64,000 bases of DNA from assembly GCF_018977255.1 (NCBI RefSeq), contig NW_024704742.1, forward strand, positions 95,606,001 to 95,670,000. Reading direction: 5' to 3'. Position numbers and translations under genes: made by a program. Source of the stretch: Callorhinchus milii (lineage: Eukaryota). How positions within the stretch are numbered: position 1 is the first letter of the stretch; every line of letters starts with the position of its first letter. The notes below the pieces were generated by a model. The model was not told the origin of the DNA. It saw only the letters and a list, made by a program, of their open reading frames with translations, and made no database searches. Below, piece by piece: positions 49,539-62,514 of this stretch.

Positions 49539-49671
49539 TTACTGGTTGGCCTCTGATCTACTAGCTCCGACCTCCTCCTTGTCCCTCGAATCCTTCACTC
49601 CACCATTGGTGGCCGCGCCTTTGGTCACTACGCTTTGTCTTGCCCTCTCTTTCCCCAAATTCAGGTTGCGC

Positions 49672-49992
49672 GTGGAGTCCTGTAGCTCAGTGGTTAGAGC
49701 ACTCGCTTTGCAAGTGAGAGACCTGAGTTCAATTCCAGGCAGAGGGCGAAACCTTGGGCAAGTTTCCTTACTCCACACGCCTAATAATAATCCCTCCAAA
49801 ACCAAAAACAATAATAAATTGGTCATTTTCAATCTACGACTGTTTGTGGGACATTGCTGTGCGCAATTGGCTGCCGCGTTCGCCCACAAATATACAATCA
49901 ATTCACTTTACAGAGTGTTCTGTGAAGCGCTTTGGGATGTCCTCCCGACATGAAAAGCGCTATATCAAATGCAAGGATTATTATTATTATTA
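49672..49992 (+). mobile_element. Young tRNA-derived SINE, CTCCC-loop tail
   Basis: Near-identical to 2032-2356 and 56172-56489. Confidence 0.93.
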
Positions 49993-51139
49993 AGACCTTC
50001 CCCTTTGACCGCGCCTATGGTCACTTTCCCCTTACCCTGGCTCAGCATCAGGCTCCAGCATTGTTAAGCGCACTGCGATGCCGCCCGGTGTGGAGAGCTC
50101 TATATAAATGCAAGCTGTTGTTGTTGTCTGCAAGGCTTTGTTGATGAAGGACCAGTCAGCCAGGATCACTTGGAGCATTTGGAGGAGCAGATCACTCATG
50201 AGGTTTGGGATTCATCATACTTGATTCCTGTTAACCCTACAAGGCAAAGCCCTAATGCGTAGAGTAATATTAATAATAATGAAACATTCCATTTGATTTT
50301 AGCTCTGTATCACTTGACAAAATATCTCATTCAAAACACTTCACAGGATTTACTGTAAATTGTAATGACTGTGTATTTGTAATCGAATGTGGCAGCCAAT
50401 ATGCGTACAGAACTGTCTCAGTCACGGTTATTAAGTGAATGACCATTTTTATTGGGAGGAGGCGTTATGAGGAAGGGATATGCCTTTAAAATGATGAGAG
50501 GCATAGATGAAGTAGATGTAAGTAAACTATTTGACTTGGACCAAAGAAAAGATCTAGAGAAGATAAATTTAAAATTAAAAAGTCTTAATGGGACTAGAGA
50601 GTAGAGGATTTTTCTTCCTGCATTGTTGCTACTTTGTCAATTAACTCCTTCAAATAAGATCTGGAAAAATATCCCTTGAGAAAAGTACAGATGGATATAA
50701 GGAACAAAACTGCAGTATTCCTAAACACTTCATTGATTGGAAACCATTTAAGGACATTTTCGAAATAAAGCACCTTTGTGAGTTTAATTTTTAATTTTTA
50801 TTATAATACATTTTTATTATAATAAAAATAATCCTTGCATTTAATACAGCACCTTTCACTCAGGGAGATGTCTCAAAACATTTCACAGTATATCAAATGC
50901 AAGGATTGTTTACTCTAAAATGTAGTGACTGTGCATGCATATGTTTGTAGGCAAACATGGCAGCCAATTTGCACACAGCAATATCCCATAAACAGCTATG
51001 AAATGAATGACCGATTTTATCTGGGTAATTGTTGGTCAGGACACTGAGAAAACTCCCTTCTCTTTTTGGCATCTTTAACGTTCGCCTGAACAGGCAGACA
51101 GGACGTTAGTTTAATACCAACTAATGACTGTCCTCCTTG

Positions 51140-51680
51140 GGGTGGGGGGGGAGGTAAGCAGGGTCTCCTTGGACCTGAACTGGCTCCAAGGTGACATGCC
51201 TGGCAACGTATTGTCAGAATTGAGCCAGGCCTCTGTGGTGGTCTTGGCGGTCCGGTTCCTCAGCCAGGCAGGTCTGCAGTATTCCAGGCACTGCTGATGA
51301 CAGCACAGCCAGCCTGGCTCATCGGCAGGACCTGGAAGGACAGACCAGTTACTGGGGGTAGGGAGTCATTCCACTCAGCTCCTGTTAACCCTGCCAGCCA
51401 AAGCCCTAACGGGTAGGGTGGTCTTAATTGGATCAGCAATGGGTAGTTCCGCTGTTCCACTGTGTACATCAAACCCTGGGGTCCCCAAGCCTTGGCTCTT
51501 GCCAACGTGTGCCTAATACTTTCCAGAATTAGGTAAGTGGTCCCTCCAGGGAGAGAGTGCACATTCCATTCCAACAATCTATCTCTGGGATAGATGTGTA
51601 TAGGTGGGATACATGAAAATCTCAGATTGGGTTGGATACTCTTAAGCATGGTGATGGGTTTCTGTCAGACACCTGGCTGA
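51140..51680 (+). repeat. Family X repeat, best-preserved copy
   Basis: Collinear with the other six copies; ends GGATACTCTTAAGCATGGTGATGGGTTTCTGTCAGACACCTGGCTGA. Confidence 0.85.
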
Positions 51681-52189
51681 AAAATTTAACATCTTTTGTC
51701 ATCTTCATCATAACATCTCCAAAAATGTAATATCCCTCACCATTGTATTAAAAGTATCAGCCTGGACTACAAAACAATTTGCAATTAAATCATAGCTTTT
51801 ACATCAGGAGGACGTCCCAAAGCACTTGACAAATGTGAGTTCAAAGTCCCGACATGGGAATTGAAATGATAACCTTCTGTTTTAAATACAAGCGTGTTAC
51901 CGACTGAGCCAGGCTAACATCTAACACCTCTATTTTTAAATTCATTTTTAGCATCACGAAGAAGATAAAATGCTCAGTCTCCACGGTCCGATGAAAGATT
52001 TTCTGATCCTATGCTGGACATCAGGGGTTCTTAACCTGACATTAAATACCATGGGTGGGGTTTTAAGTGTTTTTATATACTGCTGAGTTATAGTCGGTGT
52101 TTTTTATACAATTGATTTCTCAGCTCCCTAAAGCTATTTGACACCAATATTCTTTCTTCTGAACAATGTCTGTGCCCTGGTAATAACAC

Positions 52190-52400
52190 AAAAGAGAAAT
52201 CACAAGACAACAAGAGAGGTGTGGATAAAGAACACCTGTTGATCCATTTTGATCTCCAGGATATGCAATCAACCATCCTCCCATTGGAGCATCAAACTGT
52301 TCCAGGGCCCTGGTCTTCACCATGCTTTCCTGATAACTTGTTCCAGTCATTAATTTTCTTCTGTGGGTCTTGGTATGCATTCATTGCCCATCACTGCATC
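52190..52400 (-). mobile_element. CR1 3' fragment
   Basis: Reverse complement resembles 38780-38975 (CTGGAACAAGTTATCAGGAAAG). Confidence 0.55.
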
Positions 52401-53299
52401 TGTCAAGTTCTCTGAGACATTCCAGACACTATATTAATAATAATATAATAATATCCCTTGCTTTTGATATAGCGCCTTATCACATTGTCGAGACATCTCA
52501 AAGCACTTCACAGGATATACTGTAAAGTGTAGTGACTGTGTGTTTTGTGGGTGAAATATAATTATATATTTATTAGATAATTATTTATAAATATTTATTT
52601 GGGGAGGACAAGCTTTCAGGGTTATTGGAGAGTGGGATTGAATTGGATAGCTCTTTTCAAGGAGCCGGCATAGACACGATGGGCCAAATGGCCTCCTTCT
52701 GTGCTGTATAATTCTATGTTTCTATGATATATATTTTTGCCAGGGTATGCTTTTGCTACTAGTGAGTATTTTGCTGCTACTAACACCTACAGAGTTAGTA
52801 AATAAAGCAATCTAATAATAACAGGCTTCCTGGGTATCAGGCCGGATTTATACAAGTTATACAGCAATCACCACCTCTGCCTCTTAAATGAGTATATTAT
52901 GAACTTTGATTCTTTCGTTGTTTCCAGGCTTGATCCTTTCTCTTCTGTGGTGTATAATTTCATTGCATTGCTTGTTCCCCATTCAACATCCATCTCCTGG
53001 AGATTCAGGAGATGAATAGAGCCCAGTACATTTTTTCTTACATTATTAATGGTTCAATGATAGTTCCAACTGTCCCACTCACAAGAGCATGTGTTATAAG
53101 GCTCTTCCATTTATTACGTACAAGTACAGTCACTACACTTCACAGTTAATTGTGTGAAGCCTTTAAAATATTTCATAAGGTGCAAAATCAAATGCAAAGA
53201 TTATTTTTATTATCAAAATATTAAAAAATCCTGATTTAATTAGCCTTTTATTAAAAAAAAACCAAAGGTGCTCCCATTTTGTTTTGGTTACATATATAA

Positions 53300-53710
53300 T
53301 GTGAGTCAGCCTGACTCAGTTGGTAGCACTCTTGTCTCTAAGTCAGAAGGTTGTGGGTTCAAGCCCATGTCAGGACTCGGAACTCATATAGCTTGTCATT
53401 CGAATGCAATGCTGCATTGTGCTGCATTGTCAAAGCATCTCTCGTATGAGACATTAAACCAAGGTCCCGTCTGTCCAGGTGGATATTAAAGATCTCCTGT
53501 CACTATTCAAAAAAGAAAAGGGAGTTTCTCCTGATGTCCTGGCCAACAAACCGCCAAATAAAATTGATCACTCACTCCGTGGATATTTGTGGGACATTGC
53601 TGTGCACAAAATTGACTGCCCACAAAATACACAGTCGCACCACTTTACCATATGTCCTGTGAAACACTTTGAGAGGTCGCAACAATGTGCTAAAGTGCTT
53701 TATCAAATGT
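53300..53710 (+). mobile_element. Deu-domain SINE, full length
   Basis: TGACTCAGTTGGTAGCAC A box, GGGTTCAAGCCC B box, Deu block, and the 3' half shared with the young SINE. Confidence 0.82.
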
Positions 53711-53729
53711 TATCTCAGTGTTACAAACA

Positions 53730-53940
53730 GCAATTTTAGGATAGCCATCAGGAAGTATTTCTGTACTCAGAGGGCAATTAACAACTGTATCAGGTTTCCA
53801 GGAAAGGTGGTTGAGGCCAAGGACACTGGACTCATTTAAAAACAGCTTGATGCTGTGATGGGAGGGCAGTAGAGTGTGTTTTCTGAAAGGATGATATTAA
53901 TTTGGCCAATCGCCTTCTTCACCTGAAACAATCTGTGATA
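53730..53940 (+). mobile_element. CR1 3' fragment
   Basis: Collinear with 38760-38970. Confidence 0.75.
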
Positions 53941-54199
53941 ATGTGAGGTCATGTTCCTCTGGAGCTTCCTTCCAAAACCACTTTGCTTTGCTTTATCCCT
54001 GGATTCAAATAACTTCTAAAAATGTCTTCAACAGTGCCTTTGGTCAACATTTTTTATTTTGTTTACCCTCCTGCTTGATGTGCACCGTTACACTTGTCAG
54101 ATGCTTTCAGATGATCCGTCACATGAAAGACGCTGTACAAAAACATCATTATTGCGGTAGTTAGGATGTGGGGTAGCAGTGTAGCCTTGCGGTGGGCAT

Positions 54200-54530
54200 G
54201 GATTTGTCTCATTATCAAGCACTGGGCCCAGTGGGATATGTAGCTGTATGGTGCCTAAGAGCCCATCTGGTGTAAAGCTGAACCTTACACTGAATGTGAG
54301 TCCAACATTAGCCGAATGTTCATCCTACCAGAAGCCATCATCTCAGTGCTCCCTAAGGAGGAGGTGGAATCTCCAGTTACACAAAGCCACTGGTCCATCT
54401 CCCTCATTAGTTCCAGTTAGAAGATACAAGCTAACATAGTTGAAAATATACTCTCACCACTTGCCTGTGCAGATTAGCTCGGATTTGTTCAGGGCAAAGT
54501 GCTTCGGTAAGACTCAGAGCCTGCTCATTT
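54200..54530 (+). mobile_element. Ancient L1/Tx1-clade ORF2 fragment
   Basis: Translates to QALGPVGY (cf. KAPGPDGF), EAIISVLPKEEVESPVTQSHWSISLISSS*KIQANIVEN (cf. the IPK...YRPISLLN.D.KI motif) and D*LGFVQG (cf. DQ.GF..GR). Confidence 0.55.
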
Positions 54531-56171
54531 GTGTTCAACAATAAATGGGTTGTGTGGAAAAGTGAATGTTCAATTTTTTAAAATGTTTTGTGAGGTCCGT
54601 GAATGACTGAGGATGGCCGTTTCCTTGCATTTGTCTTGTGCTTGGTGTGGGAGGTAAAACCTGTGAGTCGAAACCAGTGAAAGAAAATAACACTCCAACC
54701 GTATCTTACTTTGAGTCAGTGCAATCTGTTTCTCACTCTGCCTACAGGAAGGATTCTTGGGGTCAAGAGTTTAAATGTAGTCCTGTGCAAAGTGCTGTGC
54801 AGATGGCAAGAAAAAACGAGCCCCTTCTGGAGTTTTCCTGGGGCTGGGAATGGATTGAAGCTGTCAATTCCTTTGTTCTAAAGCACATGCAGTTCTTTAT
54901 AGATCAGCTGAATGACACCTCCTGTTTCCACTTAGTCCACTGACCTGGGAGTAGGAGCAGCTTACCAAGCATAAGTGAGGCAGCGTCCATGGCAGTTGGA
55001 TGCAAGATATTTAGACCATTCATATTGAAATCCTCAAACAAGAATCTTTAGTGCTCCAAGTAGCCTGAGACATCAGAGGATCTGTCAAGACTCTGTGTGT
55101 GAGAGAATGTGAAAAGGGAGGAGCGACCCTGTCTTACATCTGGAGGGATTGCCAATCATTTCAGGAGTTTCTGGAAGGAAGTTGTTCAGTTTATGGTCAG
55201 TGTCTGAGGTTATATGTTGCACTGGGTCGCCTGCTGCAAGTGTAGGAAGAAGCAATAAACGTTACATAGTTATGATTGGAAAAACAGTTGTGGGGATGGT
55301 GGGGATGGGAATGTGTTCTGTACAGCTGGGAAGATAAGATTGAGCAAATGGCTGGAGGAACTGTTACAAGCGTCTGGCCTTGAAAGACATCTGTAGACCT
55401 CATTGTCTCCTGGGGAAAATAAACACATTAAGGAGCTCTTCCCTATTAAAGGCCAAGCATTGAATAAAGTTTTAAAGGTGTGAAAGAATATCCAATCCAA
55501 ATAAACTCATAACTTCACTTTATAGGAGGAGACAAACCAACAGATTATGAAATCCTTTTTGGTTTAGAGCATCCTATTCCCTTGAATAACTTATTTGAGC
55601 AAACCTATCACTAAATTGGAAGTGTCCTTATAAAACTTGTGTACATAATGGGACCTTGTATATATTCCTGGAAGCCCAAAGGTACTTTACATGCAGATGT
55701 TGTCATCTCTGAGCAAACGCCACAAAAAATACTTATGAGCTTCTAACACTTATCTCTGAGCCAGCTTTTCACACCATCCACACGTAATTGTGATTCTTGC
55801 CACCTTTTCATACCTCCGTTCGACATTTGCATCTTGTAGTGTGTCCTCCTGCACCGAGCACTCTGTTCACACCTCCAGTTCACTTTTCATTGTGATTAAC
55901 GCTACTTTGAATGTCATCCCAGCAAGAGCTTTGCTTTCCGATATGGTAAATATCAAAGTTCAAGTTTTCGTGAAAGTATTTACTTGCTGGGCAGTTTGAG
56001 TGCAGAATTCTTAAGTGTAAACAATACTATATCATGGGTGGAAAAGAGCAACCTGTGATGTGATAATTATCAAGGATGATAGTTAAGATTTGCTGAAAAT
56101 TGGAGTCAAAATAATTATCAATTTCCACAGGAGTGAGAATCCCTTTCCCTCCCATCCCTTCCCACCACAGT

Positions 56172-56489
56172 TAATAATAATAATAATCCTTGCATTTGAT
56201 ATAGCGCTTTTCACGTCGGGAGGACGTCCCAAAGCGCTTCACAGAACACACTGTAAAGTGAATTGACTGTATATTTGTGGGCGAACGCGGCAGCCAATTG
56301 CGCACAGCAATGTCCCACAAACAGTCGTGGATTGAAAATGACCAATTTATTATTGTTTTTGGTTTTGGAGGGATTATTATTAGGCGTGTGGAGTAAGGAA
56401 ACTTGCCCAAGGTTTCGCCCTGCCTGGAATTGAACTCAGGTCTCTCGCTTGCAAAGCGAGTGCTCTTACCACTGAGCTACAGGACTCCA
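56172..56489 (-). mobile_element. Young tRNA-derived SINE, CTCCC-loop tail
   Basis: Near-identical to 2032-2356; CAGTT repeated at both ends (56168-56172, 56488-56492). Confidence 0.93.
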
Positions 56490-58794
56490 GTTGCAGGTCA
56501 GATTAGAAAAATAATCCTGACCCCTAGGATCATTGGAATGTAAAATTCCTTGTAACAAACTATAGTTAAAGAGAACTTTTAAAAAAAAGGGAATTAGAAA
56601 GATGTTTGAAGTGGAAATACTATGAAGAGAGACCAGGGGAGTGAGATCAAGTTGACTCAAGTGGAGCAAAACACCATTAGTCTTGTCTTGTTGCCCAATT
56701 GCCTGTTTCTGTAAGCTATAATATTCTTTGATCCTTCGCTCAAGAACTGAGAGCTCTCAATGCATGCCAGGCTGCCTTGAAGCCTTATTCAACCAAAGGA
56801 AATGGACAGAAGGAGGAGACCCAGTAACTCTATGTAATGCCAAAGTACTCTGCTGTTTTACAGTCCAGAAAAATTTAATAGAATTTCCATATGTGGTCCA
56901 ACTGGAATCATGAACTAACTTTACATCCAAAATTGTTACAATGTCAGGTTGAAGGCATGCAACATGCAAATCCCTATCAAAGTGGATTCAACACCAGCTT
57001 TGAGAGTTAGGATCCCATTGATTATTCAGATAGTTGAGCAACTTTCTCATTTGTTTAAAATAATTGAATGCACGGACATTACTACTGAATTGTGAGTTCC
57101 ACGTTAGGATGAGAGAAGATCTGGCATCCTGACTTTGTCCAGATGGATACAGTTTGGTAGAATTGCAGGCAAGCCAAGATTTGTTTTTTGCTGGCTTCAA
57201 TCTGGCTGGATTTCATTTTTATTCACTGGTAAAATGGAAAGATGGAGCTCAGCCAATGTTACATTGCCTCTATTGACTGTTAAGAGGCAAAGGTGAGAAA
57301 TTCCTCTTGCCATCGAATGTAGACTTTGACAATGTGCGCTTGAATGGGTCCAAATTCTGGGAGCCAAACATTGAGTTTTTTTTTAACACTGGTTCATTTA
57401 CCATGCAGATATTTGGGGAGAGGCTTATATCTTTTCAAGAATCATCCAGCAAGTGGGAGCAAAGCAACCAGAGCCATCCAGGCACATGAGGAGCCATCTG
57501 ACTGTCTAGTTAGTGATATTAGTGAGCAACCACTCAAGGGGAAGGAGTTACTCAAGGCTAGAGCATGGAGTCATTCAACCCAATCAGGAACTAGTGTCTG
57601 ACTGTAATCTGGCCATGCTCAATTTCATTCAGAGCCAAGCTCCCTCCTATACCTTGTTTACCTTGAGTAGTGCATCACCGAAACATACCAGATGGTGAGT
57701 ATCTTGCATGATAGCTCTCAGTACTTACACAATAATTTCACAAAGTTTACACATGGTTCACAGAAGATTGAAAAAAGAAATAAAGGAAGGAGGGAAGGTA
57801 GCATGGAAGGGAGGGAGGGAAGGAAAGCAGACCATTATCACAGTGTCTTATTACAGCAAACAATCTCACGGTAATTAAATAATAATCCTCACATTTGATA
57901 TACCACCTTTCACATTCGGTCTCAAAGCGTTACACAGGATATCCTGTAAAGTGGAGTGGCTTTTTTGTTTTGTAGACAAGATTATCAGACAATTTGTGCA
58001 CAGCAATGTCCCACAACTGGCAAATGTAGTGTAGTGACTGTCTAATTTAAGCAAATGTAACAACTACTTGCACCAGCAAGGTCTCATTAACAGCCAGTAA
58101 GTGAATGATCAAGTTAAATATTTTTGTACTGAAAGAGACAGCATTAGCAAACATAGGTTAAACGTATGTTCCCTCCTTTTTCATTTATGCTCATTTTAAT
58201 CAAATGCAGGAGCTGATATTATGTTTCTTTTGGGGGCACCAATAAATATATTTATATGACTAACAGGCACACAAGTGTTTGTAGTCAATCCAAGAATGAA
58301 AATGGGCTTTAAGACAATATTGTGTGTTCATGCACTGTTGAGATGGCATGTCAACACCTTAGAACTTCCTGTAGGCATTTTGCTTTAATTGTTTGCTTTT
58401 GTCGCCTCCCGATGTGAAAGGCGCTATACAAATGTAATCTTGTTGTTGTTATTTGATAACAATGAAAAAAGACTGCAGGCCCCGATGGTGAAATTGTCAA
58501 AACAATCAAACTTTGTTTCTGTTTCCTGATGTTTCTCACTTGTGCTGGGGTCAGGTTCCCAGCCGTTATTCATCCCTGAGTGCCTCACCAAGTAATCATT
58601 CTTCATCTCTGAGCCTCCACATTGAGCCCAGGTTAAGAACATAGGAAAATAGGACCAAGAGGAAGCCTATCAGCCCATTGTGTCTATTTCACAAGTTTAT
58701 TAGATCTTGGCAGATCTTTTTATCCCATTTACCATACCACTTTATGCCATTACTCTACTACCCTGTTTAATTTGATAGGTTATAATAATGCTAA

Positions 58795-59056
58795 TAAATA
58801 ATAATCCTTGCATTTGATATAATATTGTATCAAGCCTCAAAGCTTTTCAGAGAATATATTGTAAAGTGGATCAACTATGTATTTTGTGGGCGGAACATGA
58901 CAGCCAATTTCATATAGAAGTGTTCCACAAACAGTCATGGTTTGAGTGACCAAATTTTTTTGAGGGATTATTACCCCCAGAAAGTAATCCGCCAATCAAC
59001 TGACAACCGAGTTCCTACTTATTGCTAGGTAAACAGGCGTGTGGAGTAAGGAAATT
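58795..59056 (-). mobile_element. Older long-subfamily SINE, head missing
   Basis: Contains the extra GTTTACCTAGCAATAAGTAGGAAC segment and the shared tail. Confidence 0.78.
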
Positions 59057-60468
59057 TCACCTAGATTAGCTTGTATCACTATTTTATTTTAAAATTGAAC
59101 ACCAATTCAATCTCTATTTGGAAGCTGGTTTTCTTCAGTTTTTAAAAAGAATTGTTTTCCTGATAAACACTGAATTTAAGAATTGTTCACAATCCTGTGT
59201 GATCTTACCTTTTAATGCAAAATATTGTAGTTTTAAATGTTAACACAAGGTGGAATTTCAGGCCTCACATGTCCCCAGCTGTACCCACAGGCTCCAGTTC
59301 ATCCAAATCTCTGCTGAGCACATCCTTACCCACACAAAGAATCACATGCCCAACACTCTCATCCTGGCCATTGGTAAAATTTGTCAATCACCTTATGGCT
59401 GTTTGTGGACATTGCTGTGTGCAAATTGGCTGCCACGTTCACCTACAAATAGAGTCCCAACGCTAATATTGTGCTCTACCATCTGTGGCCGAGCCTTCAG
59501 CCTCTAGGTCCCCATCCTGTGGAACTCCCTCCCTCAAGCCCTCTGTCTTCCCGACAATAATGTAATTACCAGCAGTAATATCATTACTGACAGTAATGCT
59601 ATGATGATGCTATGTGAGACCTATTTTTTAGAAAGAGAATATTTGTGCTCTAATAAGAAATGACACATTCACCCTTGACCTGCTATTGCAGCTCTTCGTA
59701 TCTTTAAACTAGGACCTGTCATCATTATTGCAGCAGTCCAGTGTTTGTCTAACAATTACAACAAAATATGATAAGATGTTGCTCGGTGGACCACATTTCT
59801 AGAAGTGACACTCAATGTTCACAGGGATGCTTTACATATCATTAGAGCAAAAAGAGCAGTTGTGGTAATCAGGTGGAAATGTCAAGCTGATGCCATGGAA
59901 GGCTAACCGAGGTGTGGGTTGACTGGATAATGTAGGAGAAGCCATTCCTGAGGTGGAGCTGCAGTGTCAAATCCCTGGAATCAAAATCTGAAATGGGTCA
60001 ATTCTCACCACTAAAAATAAAATAATAATAATTCTTTCACATTGGGAGTAAAGGTGGAAGGTGAAAATATTCTTTGGGGGCGCTGAGGGGTTGGTCCCCT
60101 TTAAGACAGGTGCAACCTCTGTGCCAGATCCATAGATGGCTACCCCCTCCCTCCTCCTCACCGCGCAGACTCCATGCCAGGATCAAAAATGGCCTCCCCC
60201 TGCCCTCCTCACCACAGAGACTCTGAGACCCATTGGCTAATCAAAGGTGAGGATGCTCTGACGAGGAGCACACTGGACCGGAGTGGGTGGGACAATTTGG
60301 GAGAGGGGCAAGAGATGGCCTGTGGTTGCCATGGGTTGGGGCTGCTTGGAGGACTGGCTATTGTCCTCCTGAGGGCTCAGGGCTTTCCCCTCTCAGCTCT
60401 TCTCAAAAGGTCAGCTGTAGATAGATTGAAGGGGTGGCTTGAGCCCCCTCTAGCCCTAACTACCACTT

Positions 60469-60985
60469 ACAACAACAACAACAACAAAAACTTGGATTTA
60501 TATAGCGTCCTCCACGCCGGACGGTGTCTCAGAGAGCTTCACAGTAACGGATCCCGGGACCGAGCCAGTGGGAGGGGGAGGAAAGTGACCAAAGGCGCGG
60601 TCGAAAAGAAAGGTCTTCAGCAGAGACTTGAAAATAGGAAGGGAGGGAGCGAGGCAAAGGGAATGGGGAATGGAATTCCAGAGCCTCGGGGCATAGTGGC
60701 TGAAGGCACGGCCGCCGAGGGTGGAGCGGAGGACTCGGGGGATGAGGAGGAGGCCAGACCCGGAGGAATGAAGGTAATGGGTACTGTTTTGAGGAGAGAG
60801 AAGGTCAGAGAGGTAGGGGGGTGCAGAGGAGTGCAGGGACTTGAATATGAGGGTGAGGATCTTGAAGTCGATCCTCTCTGGAACAGGCAGCCCGTGCAGT
60901 CTGGCAAGGACTGGGGCAATCGGGGAGTGGAGTTTCGTGTGGGTGAGAATGCGGGCGGCAGAGTTTTGAATAATCTCAATTTTAT
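60469..60985 (-). mobile_element. L2 3' fragment, second subfamily, open frame
   Basis: IIQNSAARILTHTK...LARLHGLPVPERIDFKIL...FKSLLKTFLFDRAF and (TTG)n tail. Confidence 0.92.
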
Positions 60986-61504
60986 ATGGCCTATGGCCGG
61001 GTAGATGTCTCAAAACGCTTCACAGGATTTATTGAAAGTATAGTGACTGTGTATTTGATCAGCGAATGCAGCATCCAATTTGCACATAGCAATATTTCAT
61101 AAACAGCTATGAAATAAAGAAATAAGTTTAACAAAAAAAGCATAAAAATATTTGAAAAGCACATTTATCTTTGGGGCGGAACATACAACAACAACAACAT
61201 GCATTTATATAGCACCCTTCATACTGGACAGAGTCTCGCAGCGCTTAAAGTAGCAGTTTCAGGCAGTAGCAGACCTTAGGATCTGTCTAGCCTAATCCAT
61301 CTACATTTCCAAAATATTCCTTCCTTGACAAAGCTATTGATAACTTGGAATAGAAACAATCTTAAACCTCTGAATTGTATTCTGTGTGCTTTAAATAATT
61401 AAATAACATATACAATTTGCAGAAAAAATGTAATAATCTGCAGTGTTGTCTCCTCTTAAAGTACAAAATGACTTAATCTAGATTAAAATAATGCGCATTT
61501 GAAG

Positions 61505-61755
61505 AATTTTAGGTGGATGGTAAACATCCCATGGCATTATTCCAAAAAGAGAGTTTCTCCCGGTGTCCTGGCCAACAATCCCCCAGATAACTTTGGTCAT
61601 TCACTCCATAGCAGTTTATGGGACATTCCTGTGCGCAAACTGACTGCTATGTTTCGCCCACAAGATACAGTCAAACCAGTATATCCTGTGAAGGGCTTTG
61701 AAATGTCTCAAAGATGTGATAAGGTGCCATGTCAAATGCAAGGATTATTATTATT
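61505..61755 (+). mobile_element. Deu-domain SINE 3' part
   Basis: ATCCCATGGCATTATTCC...GGTGTCCTGGCCAAC and shared tail. Confidence 0.75.
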
Positions 61756-62314
61756 TGGTATAAAGCCTCATTACATCATTGAAACCTCTTGAAGCTCTTT
61801 GCAAGATTTCGGTCAAAAGTAGTGACTGTGACTGTATTGACCTATAAGAACAATCCTGGTTGATTTTCCTCTTTGCAGTCCAGGGTTCTGAGGCCAATTG
61901 TATTGTCCTAAACGAATCAGACTGATATCAGCCATTTATATTCAATTACTACTACTACAACTTGGCTTTATACAGCTCCCTCCACGCTGGATGACGTCTC
62001 AGAGCACTTATTGTGGGGTTAGCATCTCAAAGTCCTTTACAAACATAATAGAGAACAAATAAAGCAATACAGAAGTGTAAGGATGTTAAGACACACAGTG
62101 TGGTCAAAGAAATAAGTATTTGAGAAGGTTTTATAGGTATAGAAAGGGGAAGCAAATTCTATGAAATTTTAAGAAAAGAGTTCCAGAGGACAGGCCATGG
62201 TGACTAAAAGCTCAGCCAATGATAATGGGATGAAAGGAATGAAGACCAAGCAATAAACGAAGCTGAACCAGATAGGTTACAGGAGCATTTGAACATACTG
62301 GGAATTGGGCAGAT

Positions 62315-62510
62315 CAGTGGCAGATGAAATTCAATGTGGAGAAATGTAAAGTACTTCACATGGGGACAAAAAATCATGGAAGAGACTATGATTTGAACAG
62401 AAGGAAAATAATATATATGGAAAATGAAAAAGACCTGGGGGTCCTGATTGACAATAAATTGAAGCTCTCCCAACAATGCTCTGTGGCAGTGAGTAAAGCA
62501 AACCATATCC
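62315..62510 (+). mobile_element. CR1 ORF2 fragment
   Basis: WQMKFNVEKCKVLHMG...EKDLGVLIDNKLKLSQQCSVAVSKAN. Confidence 0.88.
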
Positions 62511-62514
62511 GAAT

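Larger units (their letters stand above)
48568..50127 (+). mobile_element. L2 3' half interrupted by two SINEs
   Basis: Starts GGGTTAACTTTCACATGTATGAGATGACACTCAACTCTAC (decayed GVNFHMYADDTQLY); ends in a (TTG)n tail. Confidence 0.88.
48385..50265 (+). repeat. Family X repeat broken into three pieces by later insertions
   Basis: 48385-48445, 48504-48567 and 50128-50265 match consecutive parts of 51140-51420. Confidence 0.6.

Noticed and set aside
56415..56489. tRNA-Ala(TGC)-like sequence with anticodon arm CTCGC-TTTGCAA-GCGAG
   Set aside because: It is the head of a multi-copy SINE and runs directly into the SINE body, so it is not a tRNA gene.
60174..61004. 276-aa + strand ORF
   Set aside because: Mostly the antisense of an L2 3' end and includes the (AAC)n tail translated as poly-N.
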